Assembly (NCBI GenBank): GCA_017501355.1
Contig: JAFVXA010000012.1
Coordinates: forward strand, 3,688 to 67,687
Length of the DNA stretch: 64,000 nt
Reading direction: 5' to 3'
Origin: Oscillospiraceae bacterium
GTDB taxonomy: Bacteria > Bacillota > Clostridia > Oscillospirales > Oscillospiraceae
This document shows, piece by piece, positions 29,201 through 36,727 of the stretch (positions are counted from its first letter, which is position 1; each line of letters begins with the position of its first letter). The notes beneath the pieces were generated by a model. The model ran no database searches. It was given only the letters and a program-made list of their open reading frames with translations, and had not been told where the DNA came from. The translations under genes and the position numbers were made by a program.

Positions 29201-29900
29201 GCTGAAGAACCTCAGCGCCGCAGATGTCGCTGCAAGCGTTGAGCGCTTTGCTGAGTCCCTCAAGACCGCGCAGATGGTCGTCATTCCCGGCGGCTTCTCC
29301 GGCGGCGACGAGCCCGATGGCTCCGCCAAGTTCATCACCGCCTTCTTCCGCAATCCCTCCGTGCGCGAGCAGGTCACAGCACTCCTTGAGCAGCGTGACG
29401 GTCTGATGCTCGGTATCTGCAACGGCTTCCAGGCTCTGATCAAGCTGGGTCTTGTGCCCTACGGCAAAATCATCGACACCGATGACACCTGCCCCACGCT
29501 GAGCTACAACACCATTGGTCGCCATCAGTCCATGCTGGTGCGTACCCGCGTTTGCTCCACCAAGTCTCCCTGGCTTGCCGGCGCAGAGGTGGGCGAGATC
29601 TACACCGTTCCCATTTCCCATGGTGAGGGTCGCTTCATCGCAAGCGAGGAACTGGTGCAGCAGCTTGCCGCAAACGGTCAGATCGCTACCCAGTATGTGG
29701 ATCTGAATGGTGTTCCTACCATGGATACCGCCTTCAACCCCAACGGCTCCATTTGCGCCATCGAGGGTATCACTTCTCCCGATGGTCGCGTCTTTGGTAA
29801 GATGGGTCACTCCGAGCGTATCGGCGGTCAGCTCTACCGCAATGTCCCCGGCAAGTACGACATGCAGCTCTTCCGCTCCGCAGTGAAGTACTTCAAGTAA
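26211..29900 (+). CDS. purL: single-chain FGAM synthase (PurL with fused glutaminase domain)
   Basis: ATG 26211 follows AGGAGG (26193-98). About 1229 aa. The C-terminal glutaminase keeps GICNGFQ and HGEG. Confidence 0.95.
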   Translation: MVYRVFVEKKPGLGPESAGLLADCRSFLGLEKLENVRILNRYDVEDIDEALFTYSKTTVFSEPQLDTIYDAVEFDGAAVVFAVEPLPGQFDQRADSAAQCIQLLSQGERPMVRSAKVYALYGALTDADIAAVKNYVINPVESREASLDKPETLHMEYATPDSVATVDGFIALDEAGLTNIRGELGLAMDLDDLKVLQSYVRDEEKRDPTITEIRVVDTYWSDHCRHTTFSTHIDSVEIEDSSVREAYERYLAARVEVYGEEKAAKRPQTLMDLATIGAKTLKKRGLLPEIDESEEINACSIKVPAMVNGKEQDWLLMFKNETHNHPTEIEPFGGAATCIGGCIRDPLSGRVYVHQAMRFTGGGDPRVALDKTTPGKLPQRKLAQTAAAGYSSYGNQIGLATGHVAEVYHEGYIAKRLECGVVVGAAPAENVVRERPAAGDVIILLGGRTGRDGIGGATGSSKSHDMKSLTNMASEVQKGNAPEERKIQRLFRNGEVTRLIKRCNDFGAGGVSVAIGELADGLSIDLDAVRKKYDGLDGTELAISESQERMAVVVAAEDADKFIAYAASENLEAYRVAVVTESPRMVMTWKGQTIANLSREFLNTNGAVKHTAVSIPAKARPGFVCDGKLRDIASDLKFASRRGLIERFDSTIGAGSVLMPFGGKTQRTPTQAMSALFPVLPGQTTDQASIMAWGFDPEWMSADPYTGAMAGVVSSMAKIVAAGADYKKAYLTFQEFFEKLRNEPQRWGKPFQALLGALDAQLGLDAAAIGGKDSMSGSFMDLDVPPTLISFAIAPAKAGEVISTEFKEAGHPVYRFGTSTLNDFAAHKAAWEAFHKLNLEGKVKSAWAIENGGVAEAVMKMSFGNGIGFAYDKDAGAPWYGFCPGMIIAELSEDVDLDCAAKIGMTTADATISIGSESVSIEELLKLNEEVLEKVYPTKSDEAKAVKEFSFAEKSTLAPAIKTAKPKVLIPVFPGTNCEFDTARALIDAGADAEIAVLKNLSAADVAASVERFAESLKTAQMVVIPGGFSGGDEPDGSAKFITAFFRNPSVREQVTALLEQRDGLMLGICNGFQALIKLGLVPYGKIIDTDDTCPTLSYNTIGRHQSMLVRTRVCSTKSPWLAGAEVGEIYTVPISHGEGRFIASEELVQQLAANGQIATQYVDLNGVPTMDTAFNPNGSICAIEGITSPDGRVFGKMGHSERIGGQLYRNVPGKYDMQLFRSAVKYFK

Positions 29901-29917
29901 TCGAAATATCAGCAGCA

Positions 29918-29954
29918 CAAGGGGGCATTTCCCGGGAAATGCCCCCTTGTTTTT
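29918..29954 (+). terminator. Rho-independent terminator ending the pur operon
   Basis: Perfect palindrome CAAGGGGGCATTTCCC/GGGAAATGCCCCCTTG followed by TTTTT. Confidence 0.85.
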
Positions 29955-30048
29955 GCGATTCTTTTCACTCTATTTTAACAAGATTTCACTAAACATTTAC
30001 GCCAAAACGTGTTAATCTAAGAAGTAACAAGCAATAGGAGGTGCTTCC

Positions 30049-30912
30049 ATGGATGCGAAGAAATGGACTGCCCTTTTGACCGCAGTTCGTCTCGGCAGCT
30101 TCAGCAAAGCCGCCGAGGAACTGGACTATACACAATCCGGTATCACCCACATGATGAACAGTCTGGAAGAAGAGGTAGGCTTCCCCCTGCTGATCCGCCG
30201 CTGGGACGGTGTGCGCCTTTCTCCCGAAGGCGAAACCCTTCTGCCTGCCATTCAGGCGGTGGTGGACAGCAACAGCGAGCTGCTTCGTCAACTCAATATC
30301 GTCGGTGGTTCCCTGCAGGAGCATCTTTGCATCGGCACCTATGCCAGCATCTCCATCCACTGGCTCAGCAGTGTGGTGGAGCAGCTGCACAAGGAAATGC
30401 CCAAGGTGGAATTTGAGCTTCGTATCGGCAGCCGACAGGAGTTGACAGACTGGCTTGCGAACGGCTCCATTCAGTTGGCTCTTGCAGACAAGCTGGATGT
30501 CCCCGGCACCCAGTGGACTCCTCTGTATGAAGACCCACTGCTGGCAGTCCTGCCGCCAAACTGCGCCGAAGGAAAAACTGTTTTCCATCCGGAGGATGCA
30601 GGTGATCTGCGGCTGCTTTCCTCCTCAGAGAGTGCTCGCGGCGGCAACAAATTCACCGCCCTTTTGCCCACTGATTCCGGTGTCCACATCAAAACAGAGG
30701 ATGAACTGGTCCTGCTGTCCATGATTCGCCGCGGTGCCGGCTTCAGCATCATGTCTGAACTCTGCGTCCGCGACAGAACCGAGGGACTGACTGTCCTTCC
30801 CCTGTCGGAACCGACCATCCGTCATCTGGGCGTAACCCGCAAAAATGGTGCCGAAAAGAGCAGCACGGCAGTCAAAAAACTGCTGCACCTGCTGCAGCAG
30901 AATCTCCCCTGA
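30049..30912 (+). CDS. LysR-family transcriptional regulator
   Basis: 287 aa. N-terminal wHTH SFSKAAEELDYTQSGITHMMNSLEEEVG. Confidence 0.85.
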   Translation: MDAKKWTALLTAVRLGSFSKAAEELDYTQSGITHMMNSLEEEVGFPLLIRRWDGVRLSPEGETLLPAIQAVVDSNSELLRQLNIVGGSLQEHLCIGTYASISIHWLSSVVEQLHKEMPKVEFELRIGSRQELTDWLANGSIQLALADKLDVPGTQWTPLYEDPLLAVLPPNCAEGKTVFHPEDAGDLRLLSSSESARGGNKFTALLPTDSGVHIKTEDELVLLSMIRRGAGFSIMSELCVRDRTEGLTVLPLSEPTIRHLGVTRKNGAEKSSTAVKKLLHLLQQNLP

Positions 30913-30928
30913 TAAATAAAGTTTTCAC

Positions 30929-30968
30929 ACACGCAAAGCTCATTTAGCGAGCTTTGCGTGTTTCTTTC
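30929..30968 (+). terminator. Rho-independent terminator after the LysR gene
   Basis: Perfect 13-bp stem ACACGCAAAGCTC/GAGCTTTGCGTGT followed by TTCTTTC. Confidence 0.75.
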
Positions 30969-31940
30969 AAGAGTGAGCAGAAGGAAGGCGCTGTCACTCC
31001 CTTCCAGGCAATGTGCACTGCTCTTGCAGGTACCGTTGGTACCGGTAACATCGCAGGTGTCTGCGGTGCAATCGCCATCGGCGGTCCCGGCGCAGTGTTC
31101 TGGATGTGGGTCTCTGCACTCTTCGGCATGGCTACCAAGTTCTCCGAGATCACTCTGGCTGTCCTCGTCGCTATCGTATACTTCGGCGGCGTGCAGCGTA
31201 TCGGTCAGGTCTGCGAGCTGCTGGTCCCCGGCATGGCACTGATCTTCATCGTCGCCGGTATCGGCGTTGTGGTTCTCCGCGCTGATCAGATCCCCGCAGT
31301 TTTCGGCGCTATCTTCAAGGGTGCATTCAACCCCGGCGCTGTTGCCGGTGGTCTCGTTGGTACGACCATGATGACCGCAGTGCAGAAGGGTGTTGCCCGC
31401 GGCGTGTTCTCCAACGAGGCAGGTCTCGGTACCGCTCCCATCGCTCACGCTGCTGCTGACGTGGAGCATCCTGTTCAGCAGGGTCTCTATGGTATCTTTG
31501 AAGTGTTCTGCGATACCATCGTCATCTGCACTCTGACCGCTCTGATCGTTCTCTGCGGTAACGGTGTGGAGGGCATCGAGTACGGTGTTGCTGCTAACCA
31601 GACTCTGACTACCGCAGGCTTCTGCGCTGTCTATCCCGCCAAGATCGCTACCACTGCTGTGGCTATCGCTCTCAGCCTGTTCGCATTCTCCACCATCCTC
31701 GGCTGGGGTGTGTACGGCGGTCGTACCGCTGAGTATGTCTTCGGTGAGAAGGCTGCTGTTCCTTACAAGATCATCTACATCCTGTTCTGCGCTGCCGGCG
31801 CAGTGATCGACCTGAAGCTGGTCTGGGATATCTCCGATACCCTGAACGGTCTGATGTCCATCCCCAACCTCACCGGTGTGCTGCTGCTCTCCCCTGTGGT
31901 TGTGAAGCTGGCTAAGGAATACTTCGCTAAGCACAAGTAA
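30954..31940 (+). pseudogene. decayed alanine/glycine:cation symporter (AGCS family) gene: N-terminus missing and an internal in-frame deletion
   Basis: Retains the AGCS core FQAMCTALAGTVGTGNIAGV..GGPGAVFWMW..GMATKF and the C-terminal two thirds. The first 60-70 aa are absent. The only in-frame start (TTG 30954) sits inside the upstream terminator stem, with no RBS. By comparison with remembered AGCS proteins, about 75-90 aa are missing between EITLAV and LVAIVYFGGVQRIG. Confidence 0.55.
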
Positions 31941-31968
31941 TTGGCAATCTTATCCGACAAAACGATAC

Positions 31969-31998
31969 ATACCCCCCGACAACCGTGTCGGGGGGTAT
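31969..31998 (+). terminator. GC-rich hairpin after the symporter remnant (poor U-run)
   Basis: 12-bp stem ATACCCCCCGAC/GTCGGGGGGTAT followed by CTTCAT. Confidence 0.4.
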
Positions 31999-32064
31999 CT
32001 TCATGCAGGTTATCATGCAGAGATATTCTTCGCCAAAAATATCTAAAATTGTAAAAAATGAAGG

Positions 32065-32093
32065 TTTACAGAATATTATTCTTTTGCTATGAT
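32065..32093 (+). promoter_or_regulatory. sigma-A-type promoter of the NahK-like kinase gene
   Basis: TTTACA (32065-70), 17-nt spacer, TATGAT (32088-93). This rules out the track start at 32089. Confidence 0.55.
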
Positions 32094-32136
32094 GTTACAG
32101 GAGTTTTGCGCATATTCACAAGTGCAGTTCCTCACT

Positions 32137-33288
32137 ATGGAAAGGATGTCCCAATCTATGGCTACAAACAACGAAATGAACCCTCAGATCGCCCGCAAGC
32201 TCCAGCAGATCGGCAAGGTGTTCAATATTCCCGGTCCCTTCTTCTCCTACGAGGAGATCAAAATGGGCAATGTCAATCACACCTATAAGGTGAATTATAT
32301 CGTTGACGACGGCTCCGGTATGGCTAAAACCAAGTCCTACCTGCTGCAGCGCATCAACACCTACGCGTTCCAGTATCCCGTGGAGCTGATGGAAAATATT
32401 GACCGCGTGACCCAGCACATTCGTCAGAAGCGCCCCCACTCCCTCAGTCTTTACTTCTATCACACCGATTCCGGCGCAAACTTCCTCATGGACGGTGATG
32501 ATTTCTGGCGCATGAGCAACTATGTGCCCTCTGTCACCTTCAACACCTGTGACGACATCCATGTCATCAAGAGCACCGGTGAAGCCTTTGGTGAGTTCCA
32601 GACTCTGCTGTCCGACTTCGCGGCAGATCAGCTCTTCTATACCATTCCCGACTTCCACAACACCCGCAAGCGCTATGAAAAGCTGAAAGCGGATGTGGAG
32701 GCTGATCCCTGCGGTCGTGTGGCTGAGGTACGGGAGGAACTGAACTGGCTGCTGTCTGTGGAAGATCTTGCCTGCAAGCTCACTGATATGCAGCTGGCAG
32801 GGGAACTGCCTCTGCGCGTGGCACACAATGATACCAAGATCAACAACGTTCTCTTCGATCAGGAGACCCTTGCTCCCCTCGTGGTCATTGATCTGGATAC
32901 GGTCATGCCCGGTCTCGTGGGTCACGACTTTGGTGATGCGATCCGCTTTGCCGCCAACTTTGTGGCAGAGGATTGCCCCGAAATCGAACAGGCAGGTCTG
33001 AATCTCAATGTTTTCTGGGCATTTGCAGAGGGCTTCCTGCAGAAAACCGCCAGCGAACTGACCGAAAATGAGGTCAACACGTTGGCACTGAGCTGCTTTG
33101 TCCTTGCCTGCGAGCTGTCCACCCGCTTTTTGGATGACTACATCCTCGGCGACAAATACTTCAAGATCAAGAGCCCGCAGCACAATCTGGAGCGTACCCG
33201 CTGCCAGATCGCCCTTGCCAAGGATATGCTGAAAAAGATGGATGCCATGAACGCCATCGTGAAGGACTGCTGGGAGCGCTTCCGCTGA
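32137..33288 (+). CDS. APH-fold sugar kinase closely resembling N-acetylhexosamine 1-kinase (NahK/LnpB)
   Basis: Blocks match remembered Bifidobacterium NahK: DFHNTRKRYEKL, LRVAHNDTKINNVLFD, IDLDTVMPGLVGHDFGDAIRFAA, SPQHNLERTRCQIALAKDML. Start is uncertain (ATG 32137, 32146 or 32158). Confidence 0.7.
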   Translation: MERMSQSMATNNEMNPQIARKLQQIGKVFNIPGPFFSYEEIKMGNVNHTYKVNYIVDDGSGMAKTKSYLLQRINTYAFQYPVELMENIDRVTQHIRQKRPHSLSLYFYHTDSGANFLMDGDDFWRMSNYVPSVTFNTCDDIHVIKSTGEAFGEFQTLLSDFAADQLFYTIPDFHNTRKRYEKLKADVEADPCGRVAEVREELNWLLSVEDLACKLTDMQLAGELPLRVAHNDTKINNVLFDQETLAPLVVIDLDTVMPGLVGHDFGDAIRFAANFVAEDCPEIEQAGLNLNVFWAFAEGFLQKTASELTENEVNTLALSCFVLACELSTRFLDDYILGDKYFKIKSPQHNLERTRCQIALAKDMLKKMDAMNAIVKDCWERFR

Positions 33289-33296
33289 ATCACACA

Positions 33297-33330
33297 AACT
33301 CCGAATGGATCACCATTCGGAGTTTTTTGT
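33297..33330 (+). terminator. Rho-independent terminator after the kinase gene
   Basis: 12-bp stem AACTCCGAATGG/CCATTCGGAGTT followed by TTTTGT. Confidence 0.85.
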
Positions 33331-33404
33331 CGCAATCCGCCGTATTCTCCTCCGGAACAAATGCACCGGGCATTATGATAAACGCAAAATATGCGCTTTG
33401 GGTC

Positions 33405-33433
33405 TTGTATTTTCCGCCCTGCTCCTGTATGAT
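33405..33433 (+). promoter_or_regulatory. candidate promoter of asnA
   Basis: TTGTAT (33405-10), 17-nt spacer, TATGAT (33428-33). Confidence 0.5.
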
Positions 33434-33468
33434 AAAGTATCAAACTTTTCAAACGAGGTGTTGTTCCC

Positions 33469-34476
33469 ATGAGCAAAGTCATGATTCCGGAGGGCTACCA
33501 TACGCCCCTGCCCAACTACGAAATGCAGCGTGCCATCGAATTCATCAAGAGCAACTTCCAGATGAATCTGAGCAATGCACTCAATCTCCGCAGAGTTTCC
33601 GCTCCCCTTTTCGTGGATGTGAACTCCGGTCTGAATGACAATCTCAACGGCTACGAGCGTCCCGTGAAGTTCGATATCCCCGACGTGGGTGTGGACGGCG
33701 TTGTGGTTCATTCTCTCGCCAAGTGGAAGCGTCTGGCGCTGAAGCAGTATGGTTTCCATCCCGGCAAGGGTCTTTATACCGACATGAACGCCATCCGCCG
33801 CGACGAAGAGGTGGATAACATCCACTCCATCTATGTTGACCAGTGGGACTGGGAAAAGGTTATCACCCGTGAGGATCGTACGGTAGACTATCTCAAGCAG
33901 ACTGTCCGCGCTATCGTGCAGGCTGTGTGTGAGACCTCTGAGGCAGTCAATGTCGCCTTCCCCAGCATTCGCATGAAGCTGGACCGCGATGTGTACATCC
34001 TCACCACCCAGGAGCTGGAGGATATGTACCCCGATCTGACCCCAAAGCAGCGGGAGGATGCCATCTGCGCCAAGCACCACAGCGTGTTCCTCATGCAGAT
34101 CGGCAAGACCCTCGCCTCCGGCACCAAGCATGACGGACGCGCTCCCGACTATGATGACTGGGAGCTGAACGGCGATATTCTCATGTGGAACCCCATTCTG
34201 GAGCGCGCCTTTGAGATCTCTTCCATGGGCATCCGCGTGGATGAAGAGGCTATGGCTCGCCAGCTGAAGGCAGCTGATTGCGAGGATCGTGCAGAGCTCC
34301 CCTTCCACAAGGCTCTGCTCAGCGGCAAGCTGCCCCTCACCATCGGCGGCGGTATCGGTCAGAGCCGTCTGTGTATGCTGATGCTGGGTACCTGCCACAT
34401 CGGTGAAGTGCAGGTCAGCCTTTGGGACAATGATACGCTGCAGATCTGCCGCGAAGCAGGCGTTGAGATCCTGTAA
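33469..34476 (+). CDS. asnA: aspartate--ammonia ligase (ammonia-dependent asparagine synthetase A)
   Basis: 335 aa with full-length AsnA resemblance (class II aaRS-like fold; RVSAPLFV.., GGGIGQSRLCMLML). Confidence 0.9.
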   Translation: MSKVMIPEGYHTPLPNYEMQRAIEFIKSNFQMNLSNALNLRRVSAPLFVDVNSGLNDNLNGYERPVKFDIPDVGVDGVVVHSLAKWKRLALKQYGFHPGKGLYTDMNAIRRDEEVDNIHSIYVDQWDWEKVITREDRTVDYLKQTVRAIVQAVCETSEAVNVAFPSIRMKLDRDVYILTTQELEDMYPDLTPKQREDAICAKHHSVFLMQIGKTLASGTKHDGRAPDYDDWELNGDILMWNPILERAFEISSMGIRVDEEAMARQLKAADCEDRAELPFHKALLSGKLPLTIGGGIGQSRLCMLMLGTCHIGEVQVSLWDNDTLQICREAGVEIL

Positions 34477-34484
34477 AAACGATA

Positions 34485-34520
34485 AAATTCCCGACTTTAC
34501 TCCAAGTCGGGAATTTTTTA
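34485..34520 (+). terminator. Rho-independent terminator after asnA
   Basis: 12-bp stem AAATTCCCGACT/AGTCGGGAATTT followed by TTT. Confidence 0.8.
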
Positions 34521-34635
34521 CCAGAATTTTCAAAAAACCATCAAATCTACAGTCTATTCCCCTGCAAGCACATAGATAATTTGAAAAAAATATGTTAATA
34601 TAGATTCCATAATGCGAGGAAGGAGATCGATCCCC

Positions 34636-35781
34636 ATGCTGCTTGCTTTGCGCGAAGAAGCTCTGTGTGCGATGATTCTGATTTTTTTGCAGATCTATTA
34701 CGCTGTCAACAAGGTCAAAAACAGCAATGCACTTTTCCCAAAAATCGCACGAATCGCTCTATGTCATGTTCTGTTGGACGGCATCACTGTTTATACCGTC
34801 AACCATCTGGACATCATTCCTGATCCCATCAACCGTTTTCTCCACATCCTGTTTTACATTTCCGGTGCTCTGTTTGGAATGATGCTGTATCAACATATAT
34901 TGACGCTATGCGGCTACTATCGCAGCGCTGCCCGCTTGAAACGAGTAGGCTATGCCCTGCTGACCGCCTTCACGATCCTGCTGTTCTTCCTCCCCATGAA
35001 ATATGTACACGGGCAATACACCAATTACAGCTACAGTATTCTTACCATCATTGGCTATGCGTTGTTTCTCTTCTACTGTGCTGCAAGCCTTATCATGCTC
35101 CTGTACTCCTATCGGAAACTGGACCGCAGAACCCGTGTTGTTTTGGTGCCCATTCTGTGTGTGATGATGATTGCCGTCATCACGCAGGCGTTTTTCCCCG
35201 AACTGCTGATGACCGGCGCTGTTATCACCCTCGTCATTCTCGGTCTGTTCATCTCTTTGGATAATCCCGACATAGACTATATGGAGCAGGCTCTGTGGGA
35301 TTACACCACAGGTCTGAAAAATCGCAACAGCTATGAACGCGATATGGCTCAGGCGAAATTTGTTGCCCAGACCAAAAGACAGTCTCCTCAGATCGGCTTC
35401 CTTGTCATTGATATCAACAACCTCAAGTACATCAACGATCACTATGGTCATCAGGAGGGAGACCGTTTAATCTCCGTCTCTGCCGACATACTCAAGAATC
35501 ATCTGAAAAGCGCCTCCAGTATCTACCGTATCGGCGGCGATGAATTTCTTGCCGTCTATTCCGCAACAAGCAATGCTGCGGTAGAAGCGGAAATGGACGC
35601 AGTCATGCAGGCGTGCCGCAATGCCAAAGACTTCTCCCTGCCCCTCTGTCTCGCGCTCGGCTATCAGAGCGGTCCGCTGGATAACAATGTGGACGAACTG
35701 CTGAAACAGGCGGATCAGAATATGTACAGCTGCAAGGCAAGGCTCAAAGAAGAGTATCCTCTGCCCTGCTGCAACGAATAA
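34636..35781 (+). CDS. membrane-anchored diguanylate cyclase (GGDEF domain)
   Basis: ATG 34636 lies 10 nt after AGGAG. About 6 predicted TM helices, then TGLKNRNSYE...YGHQEGD...RIGGDEFLAVY. No RxxD I-site upstream of GGDEF. Confidence 0.85.
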   Translation: MLLALREEALCAMILIFLQIYYAVNKVKNSNALFPKIARIALCHVLLDGITVYTVNHLDIIPDPINRFLHILFYISGALFGMMLYQHILTLCGYYRSAARLKRVGYALLTAFTILLFFLPMKYVHGQYTNYSYSILTIIGYALFLFYCAASLIMLLYSYRKLDRRTRVVLVPILCVMMIAVITQAFFPELLMTGAVITLVILGLFISLDNPDIDYMEQALWDYTTGLKNRNSYERDMAQAKFVAQTKRQSPQIGFLVIDINNLKYINDHYGHQEGDRLISVSADILKNHLKSASSIYRIGGDEFLAVYSATSNAAVEAEMDAVMQACRNAKDFSLPLCLALGYQSGPLDNNVDELLKQADQNMYSCKARLKEEYPLPCCNE

Positions 35782-35790
35782 ACAACACTG

Positions 35791-35834
35791 ACAGGAACCC
35801 CCTCCGAGATGGTGGGGGTTCCTGTTACACTTTT
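35791..35834 (+). terminator. terminator-like hairpin after the GGDEF gene
   Basis: 12-bp stem ACAGGAACCCCC/GGGGGTTCCTGT. The T-run (TTTT) begins 5 nt downstream. Confidence 0.55.
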
Positions 35835-35844
35835 CGAAAGATAC

Positions 35845-35879
35845 AAAAAGACCTGTGAAGCAAGCTTCACAGGTCTTTT
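35845..35879. terminator. bidirectional terminator between the convergent GGDEF gene and tRNA-Arg
   Basis: 13-bp palindrome AGACCTGTGAAGC/GCTTCACAGGTCT flanked by AAAAA and TTTT. Confidence 0.7.
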
Positions 35880-35955
35880 GGCACGCCCTGAGAGATTCGA
35901 ACTCCCGACCTTCTGGTCCGTAGCCAGACGCTCTATCCAGCTGAGCTAAGGGCGC
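35879..35955 (-). tRNA. tRNA-Arg (anticodon ACG), CCA encoded
   Basis: Hand-folded cloverleaf: acceptor GCGCCCT/AGGGCGT, D arm GCTC-AGCTGGATA-GAGC, anticodon arm TCTGG-CTACGGA-CCAGA, T arm GGGAG-TTCGAAT-CTCTC, then GCCA. 77 nt. Confidence 0.9.
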
Positions 35956-35987
35956 ATGTCTTAGCGTTTCCCGCTGACGACTATGTT

Positions 35988-36016
35988 ATGATAGCACAGC
36001 TTTTCAGAAATTGCAA
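35988..36016 (-). promoter_or_regulatory. sigma-A-type promoter of tRNA-Arg
   Basis: Minus strand TTGCAA (36016-11), 17-nt spacer, TATCAT (35993-88). An A-tract UP-like element lies upstream. Confidence 0.6.
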
Positions 36017-36070
36017 GTACTTTTTTCAAATTTTTCCGACTTTTTTGAAAAAGTTTTTTCGCCGAAGAAA

Positions 36071-36712
36071 TCAGCCCTCGACCTCTTCCCTTTGACCGGG
36101 ACGGAACACCTCACCCACCACCTGCACAGTGAGGGAACCTGCGGAAAGCTCCGTCAAGCGAAGCTGAAACGGTTCCACATTCTCCGCAGGCAGCAGTGCC
36201 TGTATGGTCACATCTGCGCCAAAAAGGGAATCTGTGATCACTGCGCCAAAGGGCGTGAGTTCCAGCTTGACACGCTCAAACATGGCATAGGGCACAGGAA
36301 TCTCCACCTCTGTCCAGAGGCGCACGGTGCTCACGCCAGAGGCACTCAGCGCATCCGCCGCACCCTTGGTATAAGCGCGGGTCAATCCCCCCGCCCCCAG
36401 CAGGATGCCGCCGAAATAACGGGTCACCACGCAACAGACATTGCTGATCTCGCGGCGCTGAAACACATTCAGCATGGGCTGACCCGCCGTGCCCTGGGGC
36501 TCACCGTCGTCACTGTAGCGCACCACACCGCCCTCGCGGATGATGTAGCACCAGCAGTTGTGGCGTGCATCATAGTAGCGCTTCTTCATCTCCTCGATGT
36601 GAGTGCGCGCCTCTTCCTCGCTCTCCACGCGCCAGATATGGCTGATGAAGCGGGAACGCTTCTCAATAAATTCACTTTCCGCCGTTTCAAACGGCACCAG
36701 ATATTCGTTCAC
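36071..36712 (-). CDS. yigZ: YigZ/IMPACT-family protein (UPF0029)
   Basis: 213 aa. KRSRFISHI and YSDDGEPQGTAGQP motifs. Confidence 0.8.
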   Translation of the reverse strand: MNEYLVPFETAESEFIEKRSRFISHIWRVESEEEARTHIEEMKKRYYDARHNCWCYIIREGGVVRYSDDGEPQGTAGQPMLNVFQRREISNVCCVVTRYFGGILLGAGGLTRAYTKGAADALSASGVSTVRLWTEVEIPVPYAMFERVKLELTPFGAVITDSLFGADVTIQALLPAENVEPFQLRLTELSAGSLTVQVVGEVFRPGQREEVEG

Positions 36713-36727
36713 CGCTTATCCTCCCCA

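Noticed and set aside
26145-29918. 1257-aa minus-strand ORF opposite purL.
   Set aside because: Same codon-aligned shadow effect: 29918-26211+1 = 3708, which is divisible by 3. There are no motifs, and purL on the plus strand is full-length and canonical.
18000-35900. Strand switches at about 18.2 kb (divergent) and about 35.8 kb (convergent) as replication origin or terminus signals.
   Set aside because: No dnaA, DnaA-box cluster or dif-like context is visible. The switches coincide with ordinary operon boundaries. GC-skew analysis cannot be done reliably by eye.
29955-35955. Possible integrated island at tRNA-Arg (a mosaic of single-gene units).
   Set aside because: There is no integrase, recombinase or transposase gene, and by eye no direct repeat of the tRNA 3' end elsewhere in the segment. 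The gene functions are ordinary metabolism. Only the composition oddity of the GGDEF gene is reported.
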